A stretch of DNA of 63,411 bases, counting the filler, from Collodictyon triciliatum (Eukaryota), in the NCBI GenBank assembly GCA_043381765.1. It is 7 parts of 7 records of this genome, joined end to end, with 100 filler letters (N's around TTAATTAATTAA, not from the genome) between each part and the next. Parts side by side here need not be neighbours in the genome. Positions count along the whole stretch, not along the records: positions 19,278 to 28,816 come from JBHJMP010002968.1; positions 28,917 to 38,453 come from JBHJMP010002969.1; 5 more parts are not named here. One strand, written 5' to 3'. Positions 24,740 to 37,363 of the stretch are shown in pieces (within the stretch, counting starts at the first letter, position 1; each line of letters starts with the position of its first letter). The translations under genes and the position numbers were made by a program. The notes under the pieces were generated by a model. The model saw nothing but the letters and a program-made list of their open reading frames with translations, was not told the origin of the DNA and did not search any database.

Positions 24740-26842
24740 GAATACTTGAAATATCTTCCGCGCATGGTGCCTATGCAAGGCATGTATATCCCATAGAACA
24801 GCCAGAAGAATGGTAGCGGAATTAAGGAAGCAAATAAATTCTATATGAATCATTTTTATAATTTTTTAAAATAATAAAACACCGCACAAATGAAATTTGA
24901 AAAGTGAGTTCTTTTTTTCTAAAAAAAAAAAACCTCTGGAATCGCAATGGAAGCAACAAGCGTCAATGATGATGCGGAAAATACAATATTGGAGAGCGTC
25001 TCCACAACACAATAATGCAATTCAATAGTGTAATGGAAAACTGCGCTCCCAACCATTATGGAAATCATGTATATGCCAAAAACTAAGCCGAATGGAAGCC
25101 CTGGGATACTTACAGAAATAACTTGCTTCAAGAGCAAAAGTTAGAAACTTGATATGAAAAACATCAAAGGACCAATGTGAGCTCCATGTAACTCCTTTCT
25201 TTTTTTATTTATAAAGGGAAAAAAAAAAAGCTATTACGTATTCAAGAAGCGGTATTTGCGATAACACCGAGCACACAGCGAGTTCATACATTGATTGAAC
25301 CAATCCGAGAGCCACGATTTTTCTATCTAATATTTTACAGAATAAAAGCCTGTTAGTCTGAGAGATTTTATATCAACAAAATTTACTTTTTGAATGCGGT
25401 TCTTGCTGTTTTATTTTCATCATTCCTCCATGTAGATACGAACATTACATATCAAATATAAGAGAAAAAATACTAACTCCCAGTAACTTCGTGGAATGCA
25501 GAGCTAAATGTGGTCGCAAGGTCGAATTGAACGTTTCCATAGTTTTCCCTCCAAGTGAACTGGATGATGAACCCAACAACTACAAGGCACGCCAGGGCAG
25601 CCATAAAAGGGCTAACAAACCCGAAACTACCTGCAAGAAGATCACCCAGAAGCCCAGATGCGATAGCAATAAATCCATTAATCAACGTAGCCATGGAGAA
25701 GGTTTCAGATAAAAGCTCATCTGAAAACCCCGCCTTGATTTTTTTTTGTGGCAGTCAAAAAATGAAAAGACGTTAGTATGCGCTTCAGAATTATGCCTGA
25801 TACTTATTCAAAATTGTTGAAGGAGGATAAAGACTAGAAGATAAAAAAAAATTAAAAAATGATATGACCAGGTGATGTCTAAGCATCACAAAATGTAAAG
25901 AATAGGTGGAAATCGTTCGCTCTGAGAAGGCTAACAAGATTACAAACTAATAAACATTCATTTATTTGTTTTGTCTTAGAGTTACCTTTCGGTGCTCACA
26001 CACCATCCATGCCTCAAATACGGAGTAGAGTATAGATGTGGATATTCCTCCCATGACATGACTAAAGGACAACACATCAAAGCTGGATGAAAGCTTTGTA
26101 ATGCAAGAAATGGAGTACGTCACGACATACACCAGACACGAGTTTTTGCGTCCGCTAGAGTATTTTTGGTCATATTCATGACAAAAAATGAAGATAATTC
26201 AGAACATCGTGAAAAGAAACACAATATATATTTATGAATGGTTTTTTTTTCAGAATAGCTAATAAAACTATGAATTGAGACGCATGATTTGGTAGCAGGA
26301 AAAATGCAGATAGCCGCAGGAAGAGGAAAAAAAATCCAATAAGCCATGGTGTATAAGGCCATTTAGAGGACATATCATCCGTAAGTAAACGCATACAATT
26401 TATCGGCGATTACTCCAGTAAATAAACCGAAAATAGCACTTGTGAGATACTCAATAACCAGTAGATAGGATGTCTTGGGTGAATCCATCAAATAGCTTTG
26501 ATAAAGCGAGAGAATGCTCGATACTTGAAACCAAAAGGCCACTATCAAGATCGAGTAGGAATAAAAAAAAATATTATGTAATTAATAGAAGTGGGATGTC
26601 ATCGGGTCAAGTGATTCATATTCTTCAGCACAATAGGGATTAGAAGGACAAAAAAAAAATTATATAAAAAGTATTTATAAAAGAAGCGACTTTGACATAC
26701 TCATCGACAGCGCATAAACAAGAAGGTAACGCCGCTGGAATAGGACAAAGGCCGTGGGGTGGTTTGCCTTTGGCAAGAGCTGCTTCCGATTGACTAGCAA
26801 ACAAGGGATCAGGAGAAACCCAAACAGAGCAGAGATGTTCAT
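24740..26842 (-). CDS. MFSD5: MFSD5-like (molybdate-anion transporter) MFS protein, 3' end in gap
   Basis: Exons FQRRYLLVY, IFGLFTGVIADK, GRKNSCLVYVVTYSISCITKLS..MGGISTSILYSVFEAWMVCEH, NGFIAIASGLLG..W.ENYG, PFGLVF. Confidence 0.85.
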
Positions 26843-27466
26843 GGCGACCCTATGTTACAGATCAGTTGTTTTGATTTGTGTATGCGGCTCTTGCCGTGAA
26901 AATACCTAGGAAAATGGTAATTAAAATAAAAAAATAAAAAAATAAAAAAATAAAAAAATAAAAAAATAAAAATAAAAAATAAAAAATAAAAAATAAAAAA
27001 TAAAAAATAAAAAATAAAAAATAAAAAATAAAAAATAAAAAATAAAAAATAAAAAATAAAAAAATAAAAAAAATGAAAAGGAGAGAGGAAGAGTCCATCG
27101 ACGAGTGGAAATACACTGCTCCGCACAAAAGTACAGTATCCTTCAACTCACACATACTCATACAGACAGACAGACAGACAGACAGACAGTAGTTGGAGCG
27201 GTAGTCCTGCTTCGTATTCTGTCCAACTCACGAGCCAGTCCCGAGAAAGGCCGCGGCGCTGCAGCTTCAATCACGCGTCAAACAACACAGCGCGGCCTCC
27301 AAATTGCTTTTGGCTGGAGAAGAAAAGAAAAGTGTAGGAAGCCATAGCTAATGTGGAATTACTCGGCACTAAAAAAGGCATATCCGTCAACCACACAAAA
27401 AATAAATAGTCCAATAAGATAAATTTAGTATTATTATCTATTCTATCTACAAATGTTGTCGAGGAA

Positions 27467-27485
27467 GCTTCCATGGCGCAACCGG

Positions 27486-27522
<37 letters not shown>

Positions 27523-27539
27523 GAGCCCACCTGGGAGCG
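27467..27539 (+). tRNA. tRNA-Asn (GTT)
   Basis: Cloverleaf: GCTTCCA/TGGGAGC acceptor, TTCGG-CT GTT AA-CCGAA anticodon arm, GGTTCGAGCCC T arm; downstream T-run. Confidence 0.96.
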
Positions 27540-27847
27540 GATTTAGTTTTTTAAGCCGTCTGTGTCATGCTTAGCGTTTCCCTCCTTTGGCTATGCAAAC
27601 AGGCGTGTCGTTGCAGAGTTCTTTTTAGTACAGATTATGGATTAACTACTACAACTCTTGTAATCTTCTCTCGTATCTTTGATTTCATTTTTCATAAAAC
27701 ATGCGCTTGCGTCACAAAATTTTCATTTTTTTTTTAAAAAAAAAAAGAGAAAAAAGGGTGCATGGAATGAAATCGTCAAGCGCTCCGAAGCAAACAAAAT
27801 CGTTTTTTGTGCTGGTGAGGGAGAAAAAGACAAAGGTGCGTCCATTG

Positions 27848-28650
27848 TCAATCATCATCTTCCTCGTCACGCCCTTGATTCTCTGCCACAAACTCAAACT
27901 CATCCTCCTCTTCTTCTTCTTCCTCCTCCTCTTCATCTGCTGCGTCTTGCACGTCCTGTTCCGCGTACTCATGTTCCTCATCCTCGGCATATTCATCCCC
28001 GGTATACTCCACGCCCATTCCCTCTGGGTCCACAAAAATCTGCGGCTCTTGTCCTGGCTCTTCATTCTCTGCAGCATCGGGCATCGGCTCTGCAGGGTCC
28101 TCTGTTTTGATTTCGAAGACCTGAACAACCAACTGCAAAAGAGCATCCACTTCCTCATCTGTCAGTCGCTCCTGACATTCTTCAACAATCTTGCAGAGAT
28201 AGAGACACACGCGCGTTCGTTACGGTTAACACAGTAATTTTTTTTGATTGCAACAAAATCATCATTGGGATATCATAATCATAATCGCAATCATCATAAT
28301 CTTAAACATGATAAAAAAAAATAAGAATAATAACGGCAGTCAAGATTTTGTAATCCCAACCATTAATCAGATAAGATGAAAAAATTTTTAAGAAAAAACA
28401 GAAAAAACAGAAATATTGTGGGAAAAAAATATGGCTTGTCGTCTTTTCTTTCTAAGGGCTGTGATAGTGGTTGTGACGGAATCAACACGAACCAGATGCA
28501 ATTCCACCAATGTGCGTGGAAGAAGGTTGACTACCTGAAGAACTTCTACTCTCGTGAGACGGAACGGCACGACCCTCTTAATGAAATCCTTGATTTTTTG
28601 TTCGTCAACTTCGGCCGCAGCAGATTTTTGAAGGGAGAAGTGAGTCTGTA
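27848..28650 (-). CDS. CRCP: RNA polymerase III subunit RPC9/C17 (CRCP), 5'-partial, acidic tail
   Basis: FRLTRVEVLQVVNLLPRTLVELHL|IVEECQERLTDEEVDALL is the HRDC-like Rpb4/RPC9 signature. Confidence 0.85.
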
Positions 28651-28718
28651 TGCAAATAACGCTTAGTTTTTTTTTAAAAAAAAATATCAAATAAGATGAA
28701 GTAAATATACAAACGCAA

Positions 28719-28816
28719 AAACTAAAACTAAAACTAAAACTAAAACTAAAACTAAAACTAAAACTAAAACTAAAACTAAAACTAAAACTAAAACTAAAAC
28801 TAAAACTAAAACTAAA
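28719..28816. repeat. (TAAAAC)n microsatellite; representative of many SSRs ((AAAC)n, (ACAT)n, (AAT)n, (GT)n, (CTA)n, (TTTTC)n) at most gap and scaffold edges
   Basis: Direct inspection. Confidence 0.95.
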
Positions 28817-29160
28817 NNNNNNNNNNNNNNNNNNNNNNNNNNNNNNNNNNNNNNNNNNNNTTAATTAATTAANNNNNNNNNNNNNNNNNNNNNNNNNNNN
28901 NNNNNNNNNNNNNNNNACATACATACATACATACATACATACATACATACATACATACATACATACATACATACATACATACATACATACATACATACAT
29001 ACATACATACATACATACAGAAAAGCGAAATGCTATTTTCCCATCATAAAGGTGATAATACTTAATTTTTATAACTGAAAGCACCAATCGCAGGGTGTCT
29101 ATAACTAGTGAGCTACAATAATTGAAATGAGGAAAGAGAGGAATAGTATTGGGTTAGTCG

Positions 29161-32100
29161 CTAAGCTGACGGTTGCATTAGCTTCGACGGGCTGTCTGGA
29201 AGTTGCTCCATCGCGTCTAAAATTTTAAAAGGGTGAATTGAAGCGCATTTATGCAATAGCTCAAGAACTGTTCATTAGTTATGGCAAAAGTTCATGGTTC
29301 TGAATATTACACGGCAGAAAGCCATCTTACGACACAGTGTCATCAATTTTGATTTACGATAAAAGAAATACTTTGGACGTCCCCAAGAGAGAGCTGGCTT
29401 TTTTGCTGCATATCTTTCCAACAATTGAGGTTCGCCTGCATGTTGTTCGCTATTCCGTGAGCGTCCCCGGCATATTGTAACCATGACATAAACATGGGCA
29501 TCACAACGAACGACAGAAAACTAAACGGTATTATTTCCATTATTATGAAGCTGGCGAGTTTTGAATACTTCAATGAAACAATAATATTTGTGCATGAAGA
29601 GATCTAGGCTTGGTTGATAATCATATGCGCGTAGTGATTACCCAATTTGGCTTTTCGGTACATCTTCTGCCGATCGATCCATAAAAGGTGACTTTGGGAG
29701 GTGCAAAGAAGCTTCCCTGTCACCCTGTCGATATAAATCATGCATATTTACATATCTCAAACGGTAAATGGAGCAATCAAAAATAAGATGAACACAATCG
29801 GATATTCGTTTCAAGATACTTTTAAGCTACCATCAAACGCGTTAAATTCCTTTACCTGTCTATAAAATTCTTCTGTCACACGCATTGTCCACTGGCAGTG
29901 TACCCCAAATTCTTTAGCCATGTGTGAGAGGTCAGCACATTTTAAGGCCATTTGTAGCACAATTATTTTGTTTTCTCGCACGGCTAGGTCGATATCAGCT
30001 GTATAAATGATTGTCTCGTGTTAAATTGAAACATATGTTCAATAAACAGAGAGGATGACTATGAAATTTAATAAAAATGTCAAAAATTAAATCTGTCAAG
30101 ATATTGACTATATTATGTTATTGTATATATAAAAGATGCGTACTGCCTGTTGCGATTTTGGCTTTGAATTTCCCGACATAATCAAAATGATAACTCATAT
30201 CTGTAGATAGAACAAGCTCAATTACATTGTCTCGAATGAGCTTCCTCCTAGTGAATTGAGTTTTTTTTTTATCAGAAAAATAGTTGTATATATTAGGTCA
30301 AAAAAGTTGTGTATTCCCATAAAATCGTATGGATAGACTTGATATATTCTCACTCTTCACGCGGAACATTTTCTAGAAAATTATATCGCTCGTCCTTCAT
30401 TACAGAAAAGGCCTGGAATAAGTGGTAATTTTCCATGACCTAGAATAATTTTGTTTTTTCTCTTTACGGAAAAAGAGTCAAAATGCATAATCTTGCTCTC
30501 TTTTTTTTCTCAATTGAAGAAATGCACACAACAGCATCATATTAAACTTACAGATTTGTCATTATACATCAACGACTGTTGTGACTCGCTTTGAATATGG
30601 AAATTGTTGTTCATTCCCTATTATTTAATAGAAGAAAAGTTGTCACTTTTTGTATAGTTGAGCCATAAGATATACTTTTTTTTTAAAAAAAAATAATATA
30701 ATAACATAACTCGAAAATTCTGCTCGAATTATATAAAATCATATCATTATAATTGGGATAAAATATACTGTGTGGGCATAATCATGAATTATGGCTGCTA
30801 AGAATACAGACAAGACATCTATATCTGTGAGTAAGCTTGAAGGAGGATCAAGAAAAATAATCATCTAAGCTGTGTAATGGGATGTGGACGGAATATTGAG
30901 AGAAGAATATCGTGGAAGTCCAGCTGGACTATCATGTACAATAGTAAGGATACTCTCCAATTTTCTGAGAAGCAAGGAGATGCATTACATTAATCATGAC
31001 ATCTGCTGCATGGCAACTAGTGTGGTATGGGTTGTCCAGGTATCCAGATTCTATTTCACGTACAAACGAGAGGAACTTTGGAACATTCAAATTTAGTCGC
31101 TTCGCTAGCTGAAATCTCTCAAATATTGCAACAGCCGCAAACAGAAGAGGTTTATCTATTATCAGATAAATTGAAATGAAGGTTCAATTTTTCACTTTTA
31201 TTTAACACAAAAAAAGTAAAAGAAATCGCCATTTAAGGTATGGAAACGGCTGCATGTATCAGGATTATATATAAACTTCATTTTATTTTTATATTATTGT
31301 TTAATTCGTTGTTTATATGATTTATTACTTCCAGAATGCTCTGATAATTTGAAGATGTTGCCGTTCCAACTATCAAATAGATTTTTCATGGCACCTAATA
31401 GAACAGGTGACGAAGACCTATATAAGATTATTAAGTATGCAGTGAAGTGACCACGGTGGAAATGTTTCTTGATTCATATGCTATCTTAAGAGGGAAATTT
31501 TATGAGTCTTTTTCAAGTAATACACAAGAAAAGTACGTAAGGAAGGCGCGCAGGTCGTCAGTTTTGTATAGAGCTTGGTGGTTATAGACACATAAACTCA
31601 TGCTCCGATCTCGCCTGGATGGAAATATCCGAATATATTTTGGGATGTTTGGTTTGAAAAAAAAACTGTATTAGTGGGGAAATATCCATAGTCATTTATA
31701 TTTTATAAAATCATAATCGTTATTATCAAAATCATAATGACAAAAAATTAACCTTTTCGTCATTTTTTGGTAGATGTCATCCGAGTTGACTGACGTCCGG
31801 AATTCGGACCTAAGCCATGCCTTTGTGTTTAGATCCAATCCAGACTCGACAGGCGATTTCTTCAAGGCCACTGGAGCATGTAGATCATAGTCTGCGAGCA
31901 ATACGATAACGGACCGAATCCTGGACGCTGTAGTTTGGTCTAGAGGTAAAGTCCATTCGATTATTCAAATTATCTCGGCTATATAACTAGAGAATATTGA
32001 AGGAATCAAACTCGACATATCGTCCAGTAAAGAGTACCTTTAACATGGTTGGCTATGTCTCGTAAATTCCTCATCGCAAAATCCATGGGGGATTCAAAGT

Positions 32101-32792
32101 TCGTCAGACCTATAGTGGCTCCATCTCCGATGATTGTGTCTATTTTTCTATTTTGAAAAAAAGAAAGAAAATATACAAATATATGATGTTGATTATATTG
32201 AAGGTTGAGTCTATTAGAATTATAATGATGAATATTTTTATTCATCGTAGATTAAATGCGCTATAAATCCCAAAATATCAATACTTTGACTTAATTTCCA
32301 ATTGCTGGTCCGTCATAAATCGATATCTTTCAATAAATTCTATTCTCCTCGTCGTAAGAATTGGGCATATCGGACTCATAAAAAGAAATATAATTGATAA
32401 AGGTTTCCAAGAGTCTAATGAATGCTTACATTAGAAAAAAGGAGTATTTCATGATTCATACAAAATGATTTGGATAAAGAATGCAGTGTTTTTTTTTTAA
32501 AATTTTATTTATTTAAATACAAGATAGGAGATATGTTGCCATTACATCAATTACCTGTGAATTCTGAACAATCAGAGTAGCATTCAAAATTATGGAATAT
32601 AGGAACTAGGCAAATTGAAGAGATGGAATGTAGCGCAGAAACAACAACCTAGAAAGAAATGCACAAGACAAGAAAATGTATAACCCATAGTTTAAGTCAT
32701 AAAAATGTGACCATCTGACAGTTATTGTAAATAATCGCTAAACAGAGGATATAACCAGAAATTCCTTATGAATATGACTTGGAGCTAAATAT

Positions 32793-32877
<85 letters not shown>

Positions 32878-35061
32878 CATACAAATACATATACACGTAC
32901 ACATACACATATGTAACTTGATGATTATGAATTTAATGAAAATCAGTGAACCATTGCCATGTATCGGATTTGCAGCGCTGATGATAATACATTGTAAGCT
33001 ATCCATGTCAGAAGTACAGAGACAGGGTGTGTGAGTGATTCGAATACTGAAATGCTAACTACAGTAGCTCCAGCCATAGTGCAAGCGCCCTAATCAGAGG
33101 AGGTTTGCTAGTAAGTAAAACACATGCCCATACATAGCTGCACAGTGCCTTGCTGTGTTTACCTAAAACCTAATTCGGATTCATCATTCTGATAGAAAAC
33201 TGTCACTTACCAATATTGTTTCGTAAACTTCATGATGACGAACGTAAGTGTGTCTGGATAGTATATACAGCGAAACAAAAATTGGCAGGCACAATAGAAT
33301 AAGGGATGATGCGAGAGCTGACACGTGCAATTCTATTGAGAATTTTAATACAAAGTCATGCTATTTTGCCCTTCATTAATTCAAAATGTTTTTGGTAGTA
33401 TTAAATAAAAGATTTTTAGAAAAGACGGCAAAGTACCGAATTAGTTATAACGATATTGACAAAAGTGAAATTTACTAGATGTCAGCGGTACAGCAATGAA
33501 GATGGCAAGGTATATCCCAAGTAAACCTTGTAGGGAGCTATTCAACGCAAGGAAGTATCAAGAAATATTGGATATTGTTCCTTTTTTTTTTTAAAAAAAA
33601 AACCTACATGAATTTTCAAGCTGATATTGACGAGCAAGATATGATTTATCTCACCTTTTATTGTGTTGGTGTCTTAATTTTTGATAATGCTTGTTAAATT
33701 TTTCCTCTGATATTACATCATTAAATCTCAGGAGCGACTTGTTTCTAACAGAAATCATTTCAATCAAAGTTTAAGGTGAGGCATACTCATTTTTGTTCGA
33801 GAAAGTTCTATCAACACTGTAACCGCCTTTTTTTTAAAAAAAAAATATTTAAAAATTGACTTGAAATTCAGGCTGGTAAAATGAAACATGCATGATTGCA
33901 CTCACATTTGGGGTACAAAGTCATCTCCTTTGTCATTATCTGGAGCAAAAGCGATTGGTGTGATGATGGACTCATTTCTGGATGCCCTTCCGGGCAGTAG
34001 GTTATCAAAATTCAACGCCGAAAAGGACTTTGTAAACTGACCAATTCTTGTGGATGCTTTTCTTAGCCGTGGAGGTATGTTACTTTTTTTGGGGGATGAA
34101 AGGGAAATATCTGGGGCGTTCGAATCTGTTGCCGATGAAGCTTCAGCAGAAGGGCCGGCTCCATTGGTCATTCGAAATAGATTGTGGCTGGGCGGGTCGG
34201 GAAGCTTGGGCTTCTTTGCCGGAAAAGGGAGACCTTGTGTTTCAGATACAGATGGCGTCTGGTTCTCTGCCACTACTTCGTCGATAATAGTAAGGCCATG
34301 ACTGTCAGCAGGGGAACGAGGGTTGATAGGAACAAGGCGATGTGGAAAGCTAAATCGATGGATGTGGTTCTGGTTAACAAAGCATAATCTATTTTTTAAA
34401 ATTTTAGAAACAATTAGGAATATGAGCAATTTTTTCTCTTCGTTCGATACAAGGGAATCAGGCAAAGAAACACAATTTATTTAGTCGTCGATCTTTCAGC
34501 CCAGCCAGGATATTATGGCGCCTGAATTTATCGTGTTGATCTAATTCAACTCAATTTTCATGTAGTATGAATCTCAAGAGGATTACTTGTTTTTGGCTTT
34601 TCTCTCGTAATTCTTGTGGAGCACCTTCGAGACAGGAGGTAATGGGCTATGACATAAAAAATAAATGAGCAATTAGGCAAATGATCGACTATTGTTGAAG
34701 TAAGTTTTTGTAATATGATAATGTCTCGTCTCAAAATAGAGAATGCTCAAACTATAACAATTAAAAAAAAATTAGCAAATACGCCGTGTACTCATTATTA
34801 CTGTTTTTTATTATTATTCTTCCTTTCAATTTTGCACAGGGTGATGGGATGTTGGTTTTATTATGATGATTATTATGATTATTATTGTTATTGGCGTTGG
34901 TGTTAATTCATTCTCAGGAAATAATAAAATATAATTTAAAGGATAATCCATCTCCCCTGCTAAGCAAGGACACATGACACATTAATACTGTAAATAACAC
35001 ATCATCAAAATCCTTACCTTATGTCCGAAGTATCATTTGAAGACCTGTTCAAGTCGTCCAT
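29161..35061 (-). CDS. Class I cyclic-nucleotide phosphodiesterase with N-terminal transmembrane region (about 20 exons; ends approximate)
   Basis: YLDNPYHTSCHAADV, AAIIHDYAH, GMNNNF, MENYHL, LVLSTDM, LKCADLSH..W..RVTEEFYRQ|GDRE, SQIG; hydrophobic exons at 32550-33550. Confidence 0.9.
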
Positions 35062-35769
35062 GCCAGAAGGTCGGTGCGTCCGTTGGTTTTTTTTTTTTAT
35101 CAAAATTCTTCACCAAGCTTAAAAAAAAACCCCCTACCATTTGGTTTTACCAAAGGCGAAAAAACAAACAAGCAAACAAACAAACAAACAAACAAACAAA
35201 CAAACAAACAAACAAACAAACAAACAAACAAACAAACAAACAAACAAGAAACATGGTGAGCTAAAGACTGGATCACTAAATATTCTTGATATTTATGTTT
35301 ATTTTCTTTTCGACGCTATTCCTATAGTTATTATTGTGACTTTCATTTTGTTTCATTTTGTTTTGTTTTGTTCTGTTTGTTTTGTTTTGTTTTGTTTTGT
35401 TTTGTTTTGTTTTGTTTTGTTTTGTTTTGTTTTGTTTTGTTTTGTTTTGTTTTGTTTTGTTTTGTTTTGTTTTGTTTGTGGATCAGCGTGTAGTTCTTGG
35501 AGACTGAGTAGGTTGGCAGCCGATTAGGATAGTTCGAAAAGAAGGCTGTGGAACATGGCCTGGCGAGGTGTGTGGCAACAAACACAACGGCACAGAATCC
35601 ACGGCCTTGCGGTGAGGCAACCGGCGCATACTCCCCCATCCATATTTGTCCTGGCAAAATAAGTCGAATGTATTGAATATTCAGTAAAAAAAGCTCTTAA
35701 AAGATACATGTTCTTCAAAATTGTACATAATTATTAACAAAGAAAGGCACGTTCATAGCCAGCTGGCGA

Positions 35770-35956
35770 ACCGTTGAGGGGCAAGAGGGGTGCAATACAC
35801 TCTGTGTAAATAATACGAGTAGACAATCTTTCGCTTGGTAAACCTGGTGCTAGTATCTAAGGTCTCACCACTTTTTTCACAAAGATTGTGCAGTGGTGAA
35901 GGCTGTCAGGAAAGACCAGACAACCTGTTTTTTTAAGAGGAATGTGTATGCATTTT
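35770..35956 (-). ncRNA. Candidate Fanzor omegaRNA scaffold / transposon right end
   Basis: Directly 3' of the Fanzor stop; stems GGTTGTC/GACAGCC (G-U pair valid only on the minus strand), TCACCACT/AGTGGTGA enclosing CACAA/TTGTG, TACAC/GTGTA. Confidence 0.55.
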
Positions 35957-37098
35957 TTAAAGGATTGAAAGAACTTTCTTGGGTATATTTTTAGCGCTTT
36001 TAAAGTCCCTTGTCAAGAATACACTTTGCTTGCTTTCTGAGCGATTGCATTCTTTACACATGAGACATCTATACAACCTTTTTTTGTATTTCCTTTCGGT
36101 GTCATATATTCCAGTTCTTTTTCGCAGTTGCATCATGTCTTGGAGGTTCTAAATTCATCTACACTTACTGTCTCAAAACGTTTGGATAGTATTTTTCGTA
36201 ATCCTCTTCCAATTGCTGGCATGAAATGTTTCATCTGACATTTTCTGCTCCAGTCTCCATACGCCAGTACAACATCCTTGCCAAATGTCTTTTCGATTCG
36301 GTCCATAAACAACTATTCACTTCCTTTTGTATTAACATAATGTCTCCATCTCATCTTTAGAAAAGTAACTTGTTCAAAAAATCTGGATAGTTCTATCTGG
36401 TATCTTGATGTAATTGTTACATAACCTCGAAATTATTCATAATCGACGTGCATGAATTATGTTTACTCAGTTTTGTGTCTAAAACTATTAAAGATACTCT
36501 TGATGTCTCAAACTGCTGATTCTCTTCAAAAGTCCTGTGACCAAAAGAAATAGCATTTTGTAAATACGTTGCCATACATATCCCTGAATCATTGCACTTT
36601 TCTTTCTTTTTTCTTTCTTTTTTTTGTGCAAGAGTATTTTGTGATTTTTAAAGAGATTTGCTATCATGTCATGTTTGGTGTGCCGTGTAACGTGATTTCT
36701 TATCTTTCTCATCTACCATGTAAACCAAATTAAACTTGCCTGCGTCCACTCCAACTATTTTTTTGTCGCTAATAAAGATAACTGCTCTTCGGAAAGTTCA
36801 TCTATATAAACATATTCTTGAGTTGTTTGATTATATTGAATTTCGAGTTTGAAATACCTTTCTTTTCAATCAACGATGACACCACCAAGCCGTCTGTTTG
36901 TATCATGTATAGAAAATTGTAGTCCCTTCGATGAAAGACCCTCTTCTTCACTTCAAATAAATTATCCCATAGGTCTCTTTGCATCCGGATATATTCTTCA
37001 TTAATAATGTTTTATCCAGTTGATACTAATAGACCTATCAAACATGTCCTATCTAGAGTATTATGACATGGTATATTGTTAGTTCTTATATAGATTGG
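35957..37098 (-). pseudogene. Fanzor (Fanzor1-type, TnpB-derived nuclease), C-terminal half, disrupted
   Basis: IQTDG, RuvC-I IVGVDAGKFNLVYM, KMRWRHY, LAYGDWS, MKHFMPA..RGLRK, VDEFRTSKT*CNC...CKEC Zn finger, RuvC-III TRDFKSAKNI; several stops and frameshifts. Confidence 0.9.
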
Positions 37099-37363
37099 CC
37101 AGCATCTAGGGAACCCTCTAGAACGGTCTACCTGCCCCGTACTTAAGGGGATCCCTCCTACGCCTAGCCGCACCTACCTTTTACCCTTTCTCCTAGTCAG
37201 AACAATATGCATTTTAGTCTTTTGAGATCCCGATATCCTCTCCTTGCAATGTAGTTGTTGTTTTTTTTTTAATAAATGGAATAGTTGACTAATGGACTTC
37301 CGTTTTATTAAAATTGAAAGTTCAGTAATTTTCTAAAGGAAAAAATAAAACAAATACTTTCAG

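Noticed and set aside
28719-28816. (TTTTAG)n at a scaffold end as a telomere
   Set aside because: The same repeat occurs inside an AUH intron (~13721-13762) and here lies within the RPC9 gene; ordinary microsatellite.
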